DNA of 64,000 nt from Tubulanus polymorphus. Lineage: Eukaryota; Animalia; Nemertea. Shown piece after piece: positions 43,501 to 57,500 of the stretch. The notes under the pieces are model-generated. The model saw only the letters and a list, made by a program, of their open reading frames with translations. It was not told where the DNA came from and did no database searches. The stretch lies in the NCBI RefSeq assembly GCF_964204645.1, contig NC_134025.1, positions 28,438,299-28,502,298 of the forward strand, written 5' to 3'. Position 1 is the first letter of the stretch, and each line of letters starts with the position of its first letter. Both the position numbers and the translations under genes were made by a program.

Positions 43501-46500
43501 GGGCTGTTTGTCAGGGCTGTCTCTTGCGTTTCGTTCAATTTAGTTCACACTAACCACACATTATTATTATCATAACGCATGTTACTGACTAATTAATGCA
43601 TTCACTCTGTTATCACTGTGATAATGATGATCATTAATTAATTGGGTGCAAAATCATTTGCTGTCTGTTATTGAATAAAAGAGTGTATGGTCGGATTAAA
43701 AGTTGATCAATATGTAGAGTTTGCCGTATCGTTAGGTATCAGAATCGTGTTTCTCTCTTCAAACTGGATAACTCTCTAACTCCCTTATGGATTATGTACG
43801 GAACGAAAAATCCCTGGGAATATCAAGTGTTTGAAGTGCACAAATGTGTACATAAAATTTGTTTGATTTTATGAACAGTTATATTCAACGCATGCATTTG
43901 AGTGAATTGTATCGAGAGCTTCGGATATAGATTGTTCTGGTCAAATCTTTACGATTGTTATAATGGTATAAACCGGAATTCTGCTTGGATGCTGAATTTG
44001 TAGATTTGATGTATTTTCCGCGCTGTATTTAAAGTTTCTGTTCTTGTTTTCAGCCGTCGCTGTTTACGAGATATATCGAGGAGAAAGACAGTCCATGGCA
44101 GCGAACGCGATCGGCTGATTTCGATGAGTTCTTCGCGAATCACTGCGGCGATGAGATCCCTTTACCGACTCCCGACGAACAGCTACAGCGAAATTCGAAA
44201 TCTCAGCCGTCCGTTCTCGTACCGGTCGACACGTCCGGGCAGAGTTTCGAGCGAATGTGCCGGCACAGACGATCTCTACAGGAAATCGCGCTACGTAAGA
44301 AAAAACGTCGCGTCACAGTCACCGGTGTTCCGAGCGATATAGTCGATCGAATCGGTCTGCCGAGTACATCCAGCGATCATCGTTCTAAAATAACTGATTT
44401 AGAAACGCCGGATATAGACGATGATAATGATAGCGTGTTTGAATATAGAATCGCTAAACAACGGGACCGCAATCATTCTGAATTAACTACGAGTAACAGT
44501 TCGAAATTAGACAATGGGTACGGAACATTAGAACGGTCGAGAGATGATCATAAAACGATTGAAACGCGAAAAGAAGAGAAATCGAAACGATGGAGTTGGA
44601 GAGGAAGTTTCCGAGATTTGACGACTCGCGGGTCGCGAAAGGACAAGTCGAAAACTAACTGTTGCTCGAAACCCGAAACGGTTCAACGTTCGTCGTCGAT
44701 GCCTCCGAATAAATACGTCGAAGACGCTTCGAGGATATTTGATGAACCGTTATCAGCGCGTACGTCGTCTCAGGATACGATACAATCGCTGCATTCCGCT
44801 AAAAACGGCTGTTTAGGGTTCTCTCGAAGGTCGCGTTCGACGATGTCCAAACGAAAAGATAAAAAAGATGATAATCTCGTTGAAGATCCGCCCGATGGCG
44901 ATATAGAGAATGAGAATGATGACGGTAAGAAAGAGAAGAAACTCACTCGTAGTCAGTCATTGACCAGACGTTTATCACGAGTGTTCTCTGTTCGACTGAG
45001 ATCTCCGTCAAAGAAGTCAAATAAAGATGAAAGACATTCATCAGGTGAGAAATGTTACTAGATTATCTTGTGGTTGATATCACTGATTGACCCTTTCAGT
45101 GCGTCTACACCGCATGGGGGTGTATAAATCGGGGATTGACTCTGCTAGTACGCTGAACTGCAGTGTATTGATGTTATTAGTAATTAGTTTTTAAATGAAA
45201 GATGAGTACACTTGTCAAACATAGTGGATATTAGTAACTATCAATACACTGCATCGCGGTGTAGATGCACTAAAGCGGTATGCCGTTAACACACTGGGGT
45301 GAATCTTTGAAAATTATCGCCAGCACTTTCTTTCCGGTATTAATTAGTCAGCACTGAAAGTGTTAAATCAACCGGCATTTATTTAGCTGATATCATTCAG
45401 TGCTTGAATCAGCGCTATTTACACTTGACCCTTCACACATTATGCTAATCTACATGTATATCAGATTGGTGTGAAAATCTAAATGAATTGCTGTATTAAT
45501 TAGTTGTTATTTCTCCCACAGGGAACTGGACAGGTAGCACTGACAGTATTAAAAGGTGTTCGGATAGCTCTGCTGGTTCTGCTGATAAAGGATCAAATTC
45601 TATATACGACTCTGCTGTGGAAATACGTGTTCCTCCCCCACCTAAGAAATTTTTGTAAGTTCATTAACAGTATATTGAAAAAAAAATGTTCTGTGAATTG
45701 AAATCATATCTGTTCAAACACTGTATTTAGAATCTGTAATAAAGATCCCTAGATAATCTATAGATAAAGTAGTTTTTGTGACACCAGATATTCATAAAAT
45801 CTATATTTACATAAACTTGATACTCGACAAAAAACCAGCTGTCCAGATGTAGACCAGAGCTCTTTATAGAATGTTTTTTTTAGCAAATTATCAATATCAT
45901 GCTATATTTTGCAGGGTATTACCGGATAGTCGATCTCGTTCGGGAAGTTTAGGAGAAGATTCAGTTCACAGCAGCAACAGCAGTCAACGATCGCAACGCA
46001 GCATTTCACTTTGCGATTTTCGAGAGAACTTTACTCAACTAGACACGAATACTTGGTTGGAATCGTTGGAGAAAGATTTAAACAACCTTCGTGGTGAAAA
46101 CCGTCCAGAATTAACCACCAAACATTTAGAAGAGCATAATGCAAAATTATTGTCGAAATCGTGCAATAATGTTTTATTAGACGAAGAACAATGTTCGCAG
46201 TTTTCCGTCGATCAGGATGGATTTTATACGAGTATGCACATAGACAGCGGTCTGAAATCAATGGCACTCGCGGCTAAAAGTCTTGATACGTTGAGTGTTA
46301 GTACAACGACTAGTACTTTAAAATGCGAGCCGTACTCGTTATCGCAAAGCATCGATAGCGTTATATATCAACAACCATCGCAGCAGCAGCAGCAGCAGCA
46401 GCCGGCTTCGACAAATAATAAAAACATTAATGTAGCAAAAACATCCGATGCAGGTGTCGGAAAAATAGTAACAAAGCCCAAAGTAAAACCAGCTCCTCCG

Positions 46501-48879
46501 AAAAGAACTACGCCATTATTGAAGAGCAAGAGTAGCGTATCGCTGAATTCACAATTAGCTACGGTTTTAGAGAATCCGAATGAAGGAAATATTCCAGTTC
46601 AAAGGAAGCGTTACAGCACAGGATCGGATAGTTTCAGTAGCAGTAAATTAACAATATTCACCGGTAGTAATAGCAGTATGAACAGTAGTTACGTAACGCA
46701 GTCCGATCAGGAACCGATTTATTCACGAGTTAAACGTAAAACGGTCATCGATACGACCGGTTACCCATCGTTGTGCGAAGTAACGCCCGCGCCGAGTGAT
46801 GACGATGACAGGTCGTATAGAGATACGGCTTCACGAAATTCTATGATTAATACGAGCGGTACATTGTTACTGAGTTCGGTTCCCTCGGTGTGGAGCGAGT
46901 TTAAATCACCCTATTCAACTATAAATCAACATTTGAATACGAATAAAAGATACAGTTATACGGAGACTAACAACAACAACAACACGATGGAGACAGAGTC
47001 AGGAGCTGCGGATTATAGTACGTTACCTACACGCTTATCAGCGAAGAAACCTATGAGGCGATCGATATCGGAACAACCGACTAAACAACCTGTAAAAACT
47101 CCGGAATCAAACGAAACTGGAAATGATATGGATTATTACAATTCGTGGCCTCGTTCTCCTAAACATAACAATAATAATAATAACAATGACAATCATGTTA
47201 CAAATAAGAAAGTTGCGCCTCCTCCTCCACCACCACCTAGACAGTCTTCACAACTATCGGTGCATGATTCATCATCTATGAATTCAGTAAACGAGACGTT
47301 GTCGTTGTGCACGGAATGCCGATCTAGACGTAGCAGCGGTGGTTCCAGTCAAACGTTAACGGGAAGTCAGGTGTCGCTTACATCAACGACAAACTCAACC
47401 CGGTCATCAGGGTCCAGTAGTCGTGTGCCAGAAAAATATCAACAACACATAACAGTCCGTCCGAAGAGTAAAGGTGCAGATGGTGCTATTCACACATCTC
47501 AGGAACACATCTATGCAAGAGTGATAGTAGATACAGATACTAGTAATACTGCTGTAAATTCATCAGGGATGGTATCGTATACTGCGACACCGGTTATAGA
47601 AACTCCTGCTCATATTTACAAAAACATACGTCCGCCCGTTTACGTGAATTTAGAGAAGCCGCGACCTCCGACGCCTGAGCGCACGTATCGTTCGTCCGGA
47701 GTTTACAACTTAAAAATCGTCGACGATCACAAGAATAAACCCCTTCCACCTACACCACTAGACTATACAGCTAACAGTGTCGACTTTTCAGCTTCTAATG
47801 TGCAATGTAATGCTATGACCAGTACACCGATGAATCAGGGTAACCAGTTAGAAGAGGCATCACCAGTTCTTTATGCCAGTACTAACATAGTTTCTCAATC
47901 AGATGGACCGTCGCATTATTCCGTGTCAAGTGACTCATTAGGTGAAACTATTGCGATACCGAAATCATCTTCTTCAATCCCATCCAAAGCTCCGATGAGG
48001 TCGTTCAGTGCTAAGAAATCGGAAGCGCATAGTTCCGTCTTCGTGAGGAATGACGAGGCAAAGATTTACAACGTCCACGAGGATAATACTTCCTGCATTT
48101 ACTCACAACCATCGACGAGTCCGATCAAACCTTTCGTAGGCGTGTTACCTCGGCCTTATAGGGCACCGCAACCCGTGACAACCAATCGCACCTCTTTATC
48201 GAGTAAATTCGCTTCGATTCGCTCGGGTAACAGACGTTACAGCGTGGAGAATGAGGGAGCTACAAAAACATCCCCTCAGGACCCTAGCGTGCTCGTGGCT
48301 CAAGCAAGAAGGAATAGTTTACCAAACGCCAAAGTTTATAACGTGCCGTACAGAGACTCTTCAAGGCAGCAGACGTATTCATCTTTAAGGAGACCGACAA
48401 CATTGAACGTTAAATCATCAAAAACTGCTGCACCGTATTCATATTCATCCCTACCACGTTCAGCATCTAGACAACAAACAGCTGCACCGGAGCAGAGTCC
48501 TGAGCTTCATAACGTTAACGATTCACCAGCTGAAAACATAACCGAACCAATTACATGTACTAGCAAAACTGTGAACAATGATGATGCTGATAACGATCGT
48601 GTGATGACATCATTGTCGGTGAAATTACGACATCCGAGTGATGGGTCTTACGGGAATCAAATGAGGCGAATCAGCGCGATGGAACGACGACTGGAATCAA
48701 GGAAATCGGTGAATCGCGACAGCGTTTCCGAAATCGATGAAACGCAGGTGATGAATATATTGGACAGTATTCGTAATACGATTAAATCAATCGCAACTAA
48801 AGAAGCGGACGATAACGATAGCGCGATCGGTTCACCGGAGAATTCTTCAATGTTAGAATCTAATACAAACACATTGTAA
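37561..48879 (+). CDS. NHS: Nance-Horan syndrome/NHSL/GUKH-family actin regulator with WAVE-homology domain
   Basis: MPFHKRVVQP...LNQLCSLAKHADDLFADL (WHD); LPTPDEQ, VPVDTSGQSFERM..RRSL, HSSGNW, DQDGFYTSMHIDSG, polyproline. Exons 37561-~37852, 42218-42459, 44054-45044, 45522-45654, 45915-48879, with consistent phases. Confidence 0.88.
41640..41927. mobile_element. piggyBac-like MITE, copy 1
   Basis: TTAA|CCCTTTCAGTGC ... GCACTGAAAGGG|TTAA; perfect 28-bp internal inverted repeat 41647-41674/41799-41826. Confidence 0.9.
43292..43317. repeat. (AT)n microsatellite
   Basis: About 13 AT units in NHS intron 2. Confidence 0.9.
45091..45362. mobile_element. piggyBac-like MITE, copy 2 (older)
   Basis: TTGA|CCCTTTCAGTGCGTCTACACC ... 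TAATTAGTCAGCACTGAAAGTG|TTAA; collinear with copy 1. Confidence 0.85.
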
Positions 48880-51039
48880 AAACCTATAATAGCACGAATC
48901 ATAGCAAATTTTGTACAATTTTATGATTTTTTCAAAGACAAGTATCAATAATCCCGATGTAAGGGAAGAAAACTCCTTTATTCACTTTTCGGTAAACTCT
49001 CTGGATTTTCTGAGAGTTTCATTTTCGAATTTATGTACGCTGTATTAAAATGTCGACATTTATTCAAATAAAGGAGATGTTCTTCCATGTGGATTAAAGA
49101 TTTTGCTACAATTGAATTTTCATGGAAGATGAATTCGTATTCTATTTCGCTTTGTACAAACTAGTTGCAAACTCTGAATTATTGGTAAGATATGTACATG
49201 AGAATTCTTTTTTTAACAATTCATTCTTCGTTGTTATGGTTGTATTAGTTAAATTTTCATTCGGTTGTGTAAACGTGAATACATGTACTGAATACTGTAG
49301 TGTTGGGAATTTTGATTTATCGAACATACTTCATATTGTCTGAATTATCTAAACGTATGGTAACATACAATTGTATTTACTTACACTGTGTCGAATTTCT
49401 CTAATCATAATTCATATCTATTGATTTAGAGTTTGTCATTTGATCGTAGGTTATGTAGATATCTCTCCCAATCATTATTAAATTTCCCAGGGTTTTTAGA
49501 CACTTTTATTTGTTATGGAAATGTACTACACAGATTAGCTGCGGTGTTTTAAGTAAACTGCAATAATATCTACTATTATTATTACATGTACTACTAGTAA
49601 GGGACGCTGTTAGGAGAAATTATTTAAAATGGTTAACAATTTTAAGTATCCTTGTATTTTTGTTTTGAAAGCTTATATTTTCTATCCTATTTTTTTTCAT
49701 CATACGTATCTACTGTTCATTTGAAGCTAGAGATTGTTATGTACATGTACATCAGTGAAATGTGTTTTATACAGAAGATATATTTGTAAATATGAAAAGT
49801 TCAAGTAATGGGCTGTGTACATGATATTTGTTTGTTTAATACAAATTGCTTTTTCTTCATAATAAAATGAACGAAATTCAACTGATATAAATGGTTTCAT
49901 CCTGTTTAAGAATATTCTTCTTTGGGACCTTGTTATAACCACAATTTGACCAGAATGTGAGAGATCCGATTTCACTTCATTGCGTGACCCCCTGATGCTG
50001 TTGGTTGTGAATACAGTGATAACTAATTTGAGTGGGCCTAGTGCTGAAGGATGAGCCTGCTGGGCTGTCCCAGGTTCGGTCGTGTAGAGGATGACGAAAA
50101 GTTCGAACCCAAAAATGAAATCCAACTGGCCTCGACATCGACGTGAAGAGTAACGATAATTTCGCCATCTATCTGAATTTTGCAGAACTATGAAATATCT
50201 GCAATCGAAACGTTGGAAGATTTGCAATGAACCTTATTTCACAAGCGCCATCTATCGCAATATAGAATAGATGTATTAATATCAGAGCGAACAAGATGTC
50301 CTTAGTTCGAGCCCATTAATTACTCATGCTGATGAGTGATCCAAATGATAGCGAAGGGTAGAAAATGGTGTCTTATGACATCTCAGAAATTTCATAGTGA
50401 TCCAGAAACCTTTCAACAAAACCCGCCATTTGGCAACAATGGAGATCCACTCAAAACAAATGTTAACAAAAAAGGTATTACATGATATTTACTTTATTTG
50501 TCCTTTAACCACTTTTTACAAAGATACATGTAATATATATATCGATAATACATTAGTATAAAATGTTCATTTAAAAGTAATAAAAACAGATACAAGTGTG
50601 GTATATAGTGAATATCTAACAACTGTTACAAAATCAATTTAGTAGATCCCTACATTTTATAACCCGATATCATTCACAGAAAGACTGGTTTTATGTATCT
50701 TTAATAGAGGCAGCAATAAAATGATTTTTGACTTAAACCCCGATTTACTGTACGTACAATTTAGTGAGCTTGGAAAATTAAAACATACTTCTTGAGATTT
50801 AACATAGAACTAACCGTACCCTTAATTCTTCACATCTATATATATACAGTATAACTCTGAATTATGTGATTTAACATACAAAACGTACAAGTCACTGTTC
50901 ATATATACAAAACTGTACAAAATAAAATATCAATTGAACATTTTCAAAGATGGAATGATGTTTTACGATTCCATATTTTGATGACGCAAAATACTAGACT
51001 AGATGATTCCCCCAGAAGACACAAACGGCTCCGCGGTTG

Positions 51040-53796
51040 CTAACTAAACAATGTCCACATGGCGATGATAATATTCAATGCGACTAATACCGTCCCGAAG
51101 AGCAATATAATCGAGAAGATAACTCCTCGCGTTCGATGATCGGGAATCGTTGATCTCAACGTTAGTTCTATAAATGCATGTAAAATCCACTGTCCGTCTA
51201 AAGCGTAGCAAGGCACGACGTTTAGAATAGCTAAAGCACCAGATAGTGATATCAGATATCTATACATATCATTAAGGACAAATGAGAGATTCGTAAACTG
51301 AATTAGAGAATGAATATTCTTTTTTTTTAAAAAGGATACTTCGAGAATGTTTCTAAAACATAAGGCAAGTTGAGCGGTATCAAACTCGATTTCGGCACAT
51401 AATCACTGAGAGTAACTGTAAAATAAAGTTCATATCAATTGAATACCAGGGATAATTAACAATACATTATACCATTTTGAGAATTCCCCCGATATTTCCC
51501 TGATCCATGACCATTAGTTCCCAGATTAACTTAAGAATATCCTCAGTGAAGGCTGTTTTTTATCAAGAGGTTTCTTGCCACCTAAGACAACTAAGACCAC
51601 TAACAATTCATATTCCTTGGCTTTTCCCAGATTTTCAACTGCAGGGGAAAATAAATCCAGAATTTCTCTGATTTCCCTCATCTGAAAGAGAACCATGCAT
51701 GTCAGGCACAACCTAACGCATAAATACCTGAATAAAGAAGATCAACAGGATATCCTAGAAACAACAGAGGAGGTTTCCTTCCATGTTTAACTCTGAGTAA
51801 ACGTGTCGAGTTATCCAGCGACGGGTAAACACAAACATGCTCTCTTTTCGGGTTATAACAATCACTCTGTAGTCGACAGATCTGACGGTTATCGGTTGTT
51901 GCTCGTGCTGGTAAACAGGCGTAATGCTGCAAATATATACAAACGCAATTACAACTCATCCCAGTTCATCTGAGCTAGGCGCGAGGTTTCTCTGTATCAT
52001 GATTATTGATTGCCCAAGAATTTGTACTTACAATTTTTGATGACGCTTTTGAGTGATATTTGAAACAAATATGTGTATTACTTATGTTTGAACAACATTC
52101 GACATTTCCAGCTGCTGTTGTGAAACCTTTAAATGAAATATTTTGAGTTGAAATGCATGTATCACAAAAACAGTAAAAGATTCATGTTCTACATAAAATA
52201 TAACCTACTTTGAAAAGAGATATCGAGCTGTTTCATTTGTTCTACTGGCATACAAAACCCTGCGATCTCGTCAATGGAACTTTTTCTTATACATTCGTGC
52301 CACGCGTTGATACTAGTAACCGGGCAACCGCTAACACTAGTTATAGCTTCGCCAACAGCGAGACCTCGCGGTCCTGATACGGCGGATTTCTGTAATCAAA
52401 TACTATAAAATTTATACAAGCTTAGAACACTAGGATATGTGTACAATTTACACAAGGTTCTTACGAATCAACCAATCCAAAATTCCACGATATTTCCCTG
52501 ACCCCTGAGACAAAAAATGGCCCGATTAGATTTGAAGATACCCTGTTGGGGGCTGTTTCTAAGAACTCTGTTTTTGCATTCTCAATTCGTATTGCGAGAC
52601 AAACCTGTAAAATACCGGTGATGACGACAGAAGATCCAACGGTATAAAACGGCAGTAATATCCACGGTACAGCGAACAGTACAAACAACGCAACAATCAC
52701 TATCACAAAATTATGCCAGACTCCGGAGCAATAAATACGCAATTGTCGTAATGGTGAGATTACTTGTAAATGCTCAGTCAACAGGTCGACAAAAGCACCC
52801 GGATATATAGCGAATAAGAATATCCCAAATCCATTCACTCGAACTTGTTCCCTAGAGAAAAAATAGATGAACAGGAGATTATGGATACTGGTTAAAATCT
52901 AATATCAAAGTAGGGGCCTACAGGTTGAGGTTTAAATCTATGACCAGCTGCACAGTTCTGGCTTAGATTCATAAAGACAAGTCTTGGTAAAAAACAATTA
53001 CGATTCTATAACTAATCTTAGCAGTTTAAGACCAGTCCAGCTTAGTGCCCATTAAGTACAATCTAACAGCGTAAGGCCTTTGAGTAGGCCTTATCATGAT
53101 TACTCCAAGGTAAGACTTACTTCTTAAGACATTTTTCAGACTGAGTCTATATTACAATGATACAACTAGACCGAGGTCAAGTAAATGGCTGCCTACCTTA
53201 CTGCTGCTATAGCATGCCCAATCTCATGTAGAATACCACAAATAAGTAATGTTAACAGGTAATAGCTAATCTGGTGCATTGGCAGATTAACTCCAGGCAT
53301 CTGAAATACGACGATAAACGTTAAAATCAGAATAATCAGTTTGATTTCAAAAATTCAAATTGAAACTCACCACTGGCGTAAGAACTTGTTGTTCGATTGG
53401 ATGCTTCTTTAATGTGTTATAAACCATTAAACCCAGGAGAAAAACTGAGATAACCATCGATACCAGGCCGAATATAACTCCGACGTTGAACCAACATTTC
53501 AGGAATCGTGGACGGCATTGACCGAATCTTACGAACAACCGGTTGAAACTGGTCGTGAACCATCGCAGCTGACAAATAGAAACGCTCAACCCTGTCTTCT
53601 CTAGGAAGGATATGTACCACACATACGTAAACCTATTTGTCTAAAAATAAAAATATTTCAGTTGGAAATTAGTTTTTTTACGAAATAGAATTTATTAGAA
53701 ATTACTATCTGTTTCTATTATTACCTTTAAGAATACATCTAACAGATACAACGAAGCCCAACAAATCAGAAATAATGCTAAACCTGCAGGCACCAT
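51040..53796 (-). CDS. MBTPS2: Site-2 protease (M50 intramembrane metalloprotease)
   Basis: [13 protein letters not shown]..., [12 protein letters not shown] (HExxH), [44 protein letters not shown] (LDG). Confidence 0.95.
51260..51339 (-). other. U12-type GT-AG intron (80 nt) in MBTPS2
   Basis: Minus-strand 5' splice site GTATCCTTT (51339-51331) and branch TCCTTAAT (51278-51271) close to the AG; the junction gives ETFSKYLIS. Confidence 0.88.
51478..51690. mobile_element. MITE relic, CAGGGT-end family, in an MBTPS2 intron
   Basis: Repeated (G)ATTTCCCTGA / TTTTCCCAG units, the reverse complement of the repeats at 23426 and 33582; ends unclear. Confidence 0.4.
52453..52590. mobile_element. MITE relic, CAGGGT-end family, in an MBTPS2 intron
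   Basis: CAAGGTTCTTACGA start; AAATTCCACGATATTTCCCTGAC is shared with the element at 51478. Confidence 0.4.
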
Positions 53797-54517
53797 TTCA
53801 TCATGTGTGAAATGTTACCGATCAGATTTGAATATCATCGATTCTGAAATGGGAAAACAGGTACCGGTAAATTAATAAACGTAAATGTGCATCTAAAACA
53901 TCCAAATCATAGATTAAACCAGTGGATAATTGTTTGAGAGAAAGAAAAGGTAATGACAGTAAGTTGACAAATGGCTAATAAATTTTTGATTTTGATTGGA
54001 AAATAGTGGACGTTTTCAGAGCAAAATTCTGACTTTAATTCTCAAAATGAGTCGCATCTCTTGAGAGAAGACAACGAGATCAATTACAGCAATTGATTAA
54101 AAGTTTAATTGGGTAAAACACAACCGATTATTGACGATGAAAAGTAAAATCATTTACCAGAAGTAAACAAAACCACATGTCACTGAACAAAACAACCACT
54201 GACTCATCCATATGAGGGGGCGCCACCTCCTTACTACACTGCACACAATCACGTACATAAACAGCACATGTACTTCAATAATTCAGTTTTTCTAATGAAC
54301 CAGTTTTATTTGAGCCTACAGTATAAACCCGTTGACCCCAAAGATTAGGCAACTTCTCTAGAAACTATTGTCTCATGTCAAGCTCTACAGTAGTGTCCTC
54401 TTGTCACTAGAAAATCCATTAGACCCATCAACAAATCATGACAATGATAAACAACTCTTTCTTTACTTTTTCCAAGTATTTATTTCCATATTTTACTAAA
54501 TACAAGATACCAACAAA

Positions 54518-57500
54518 TCAAGTTTTCAAAGTCAACAAAACTTTTTTCTTTTGCTTCCTTTTCTTTTTCCGGGATTCACCAGTGGCATCAGCGAAGAATA
54601 TAGTCTCTTCTTTCTCCTCTATCTGCTGCTTAATAAATTGAAGTCCGGCCATGTTAAACCCGATCACATCCTATAAACGATACAGTTTAAATATGTTTGT
54701 AATACCTTTTAAATATAACTCATATAACTATTGAAGAGTATAAGACTGTACCTTAACATAGTTGACTTGTTTCGGAGTTTGGCTTCGTAGTTTATCAATA
54801 ACTGGTAATAAAATTTGACTTGAAGTTATTTGTCCGTGGTGTACTCTGTAAAATCGAAAAGAATAGATATTTACTCATCGGTTCATGAGAGGAACTGAAA
54901 ATAAATGTAATGAAAAATACTTTACTTCAGTAGAAACAATAAACATCTACAGGTCAACTCAGGTTCCCAACTTTGTTCCAGGAAATGATGAAGTATCTCC
55001 AACAAATCAATCACATAAGAGAAAGGTAAAACTAACAGGGATTCCTCTAATTCACTGAAAATATATTCACAAATAATCAATCAATCTGTATGTATTCTAG
55101 TTCCTCGATAAAATTGAAGCACTGTTACAAACCTGGATTTAATCTTTTTCAATACCATTAATACATATTTGCTTGGAGTAGTTACTTTATAAGCCATGAA
55201 AAGGGGATGTAGCGGAGGAGGAGCAATCTGAAATAATTCCCAAATACAATGATTCCAATCTTATCTTAAAATGTTTGACTGTTTTTCATTGCGGCATGTA
55301 GCAAACCTCTTTTTTAGACAATTTACACTCCATCGCATGTTCGTCAAGCTTAGCATTTTCTTCTTTATAAAGTTCTAATGCTTCCATTAATTTCTCAGCC
55401 TGAATACGAATAATTATACATGTCAATGGAAACTTGGTTTCTAATTCAAATCAAGATTCTATCATTTTTGTTCCGAAACTCTACTTACTGATTTAACTGT
55501 CTCCAATGTTTTCCGTCCGGCCATTCCGACTTCATTGTTAGTTTCACCCGGCACCTACAACAACCAGTATCAATGAGATAAATACATACCGTAGCAATAC
55601 ACGAGAAAAATGGCAGTTATCAAAAAACGTACAACTGGTTGATTTTCGCCAGCGGCATCCTCATATTCTTTTTCTCTCTCCTAAAAAAAAAGGAAATACT
55701 GAAACCACAATACAAATAATCTGTGGACATATTACAGAAATCAGGTAAATAATTACTGACCATTTCTCTTTCCTCTTCTAATACAACTGGTTCTTGTGTT
55801 TTCTCCCAGAATCGTAGAGATTTATCGTGTGAACCTGTAACTACGTATTTGCCATTATTTGACACTGCCAAACACCAAATCTCAGCATGATGACCCTATA
55901 ATATACACATGTGTCCATAGCAGTACTGGTAAAAAGGAATATATCAGAAATTCAAGTTAGCAGGAGAAGATACTTACAGTAAGAGTAATAATGTGCTCAA
56001 ATATATCTCCATCCCATTGTTTCACTTTGCCATCCTTACCGCCAGAGAAGAACATATGAGTATTGGCAATGAATTGAAGGCACATGATACTACAAATTGA
56101 AACAAGATAATTCTATGAATAACTAATATCTATCAGAACATAGCTTACGAAAACTAAAAACACTTCTAACCTGTCATCATGAGCAAATATAGACTTATGA
56201 CAATCACCAAAATCTAGACCCCAAAGTTTGACATTACGATCGGCTGATCCAGTCACCAGTAGACTACTGTCTGATGATATATCCATACTTAAAACAGGCA
56301 GTTTGTGGCCATACAGAGACAAGAAAAACTACAAAACAAAATCCATATTCAATGAGTGTAGACTGTATTCAATCTAAAATTATTTGGAAGACATTCGATA
56401 CAGTTGTTTAATGTACCTTCAGTGTATCAGTGAAAAATACTTTCACTGTATTATCCAGTAAAGAAACTGCTAATAATCGTTGATTGGGACTAAATTTCAC
56501 GCATAAAACATCCTCTGACATTTTCAGTGTTCGTGTATTAACTAATGTTAATCGTTTACTGCAACACAATGAATAAATACACTTAGAAATTAAGCATCTT
56601 ATTAAGATTTTCACAAAGTGAATATGTATTGAAATTTGTACCTCGTCTCTTGTGCATCAGTTACCAGTTCAAAATTCCAAAACTTTACATCGCGATCAGC
56701 GCTTCCTGATACAATTCCTCGCTACAAAAAGAAAAATGCAGGATTCAATCAAAAACCTTCTTTATGATATTAGAATTGTTGATATGCTTGTTAAGATTTC
56801 TTAATACCTTATCGGGAGCCATGTGCATTGACCAGACTGCTCCGCTATGGGCTGAAATACTCTCAAGCAGTGAACCGGATGAGATATCAAATATTTGTAT
56901 CTTTCCAGTCTGAAAATTACGAAAATATACAGATTAAAATCAATCATATAGGCTTAACTATTTGTATGAAGACAGTGATGATGGAGTTGTTTTGCGATCA
57001 CTTACCTTAGTTCCAATAATAACGTGTCGATCTCCGGGTGCAAACATCGAACATAAAGCATAATCACAACTTACTGATCGGATGCATTGTGTACTGGCTC
57101 TATAAATCACAACAATATATCAATAGAAAATATATTAACAGTACATTGAAGAATCACTGTTTATTGATTATAATGCGTGTCCTACCGGTTCCAAATCTTT
57201 ACAGATTCGGCACTAGCCGAGACGATAGCCGTGTTATCAGAACTGAATGCTACTGTTCTTACATCACTACGGTGACCATGCAGTGTCAACTTCGTAGCAG
57301 AAGAACCATCAATGGTTTTTCCGGTCATTTCAACATTTAATACTTCAACGATATTATTACTCAGCAGACACACCATCTAAATATACAATATTGGAGTTAC
57401 AGATATGTTTATACACATTTAATACTTTAATACTTAAAGTCTTTGAACTACCCCCGTAAATACCTTAGTAACTTTAGCTTTATTCGTTTTGATGTCAAAT

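Noticed and set aside
50030-50085. Partial resemblance to the RNase MRP 3' end and SRP helix 8
   Set aside because: No GAAAGTCCCC P4 partner and no GGAAACGGAGCAGG; the resemblance is only a few bases.
49727-50227. 166-aa minus-strand ORF
   Set aside because: Non-ATG start, no homology cues, and it runs antisense into the AT-rich NHS 3' UTR.
50320-50385. Hammerhead-like string CTGATGAG...CGAAG...GTC
   Set aside because: The core reads GAAG rather than GAAA, stem III cannot pair and stem II has a mismatch; at most a dead relic.
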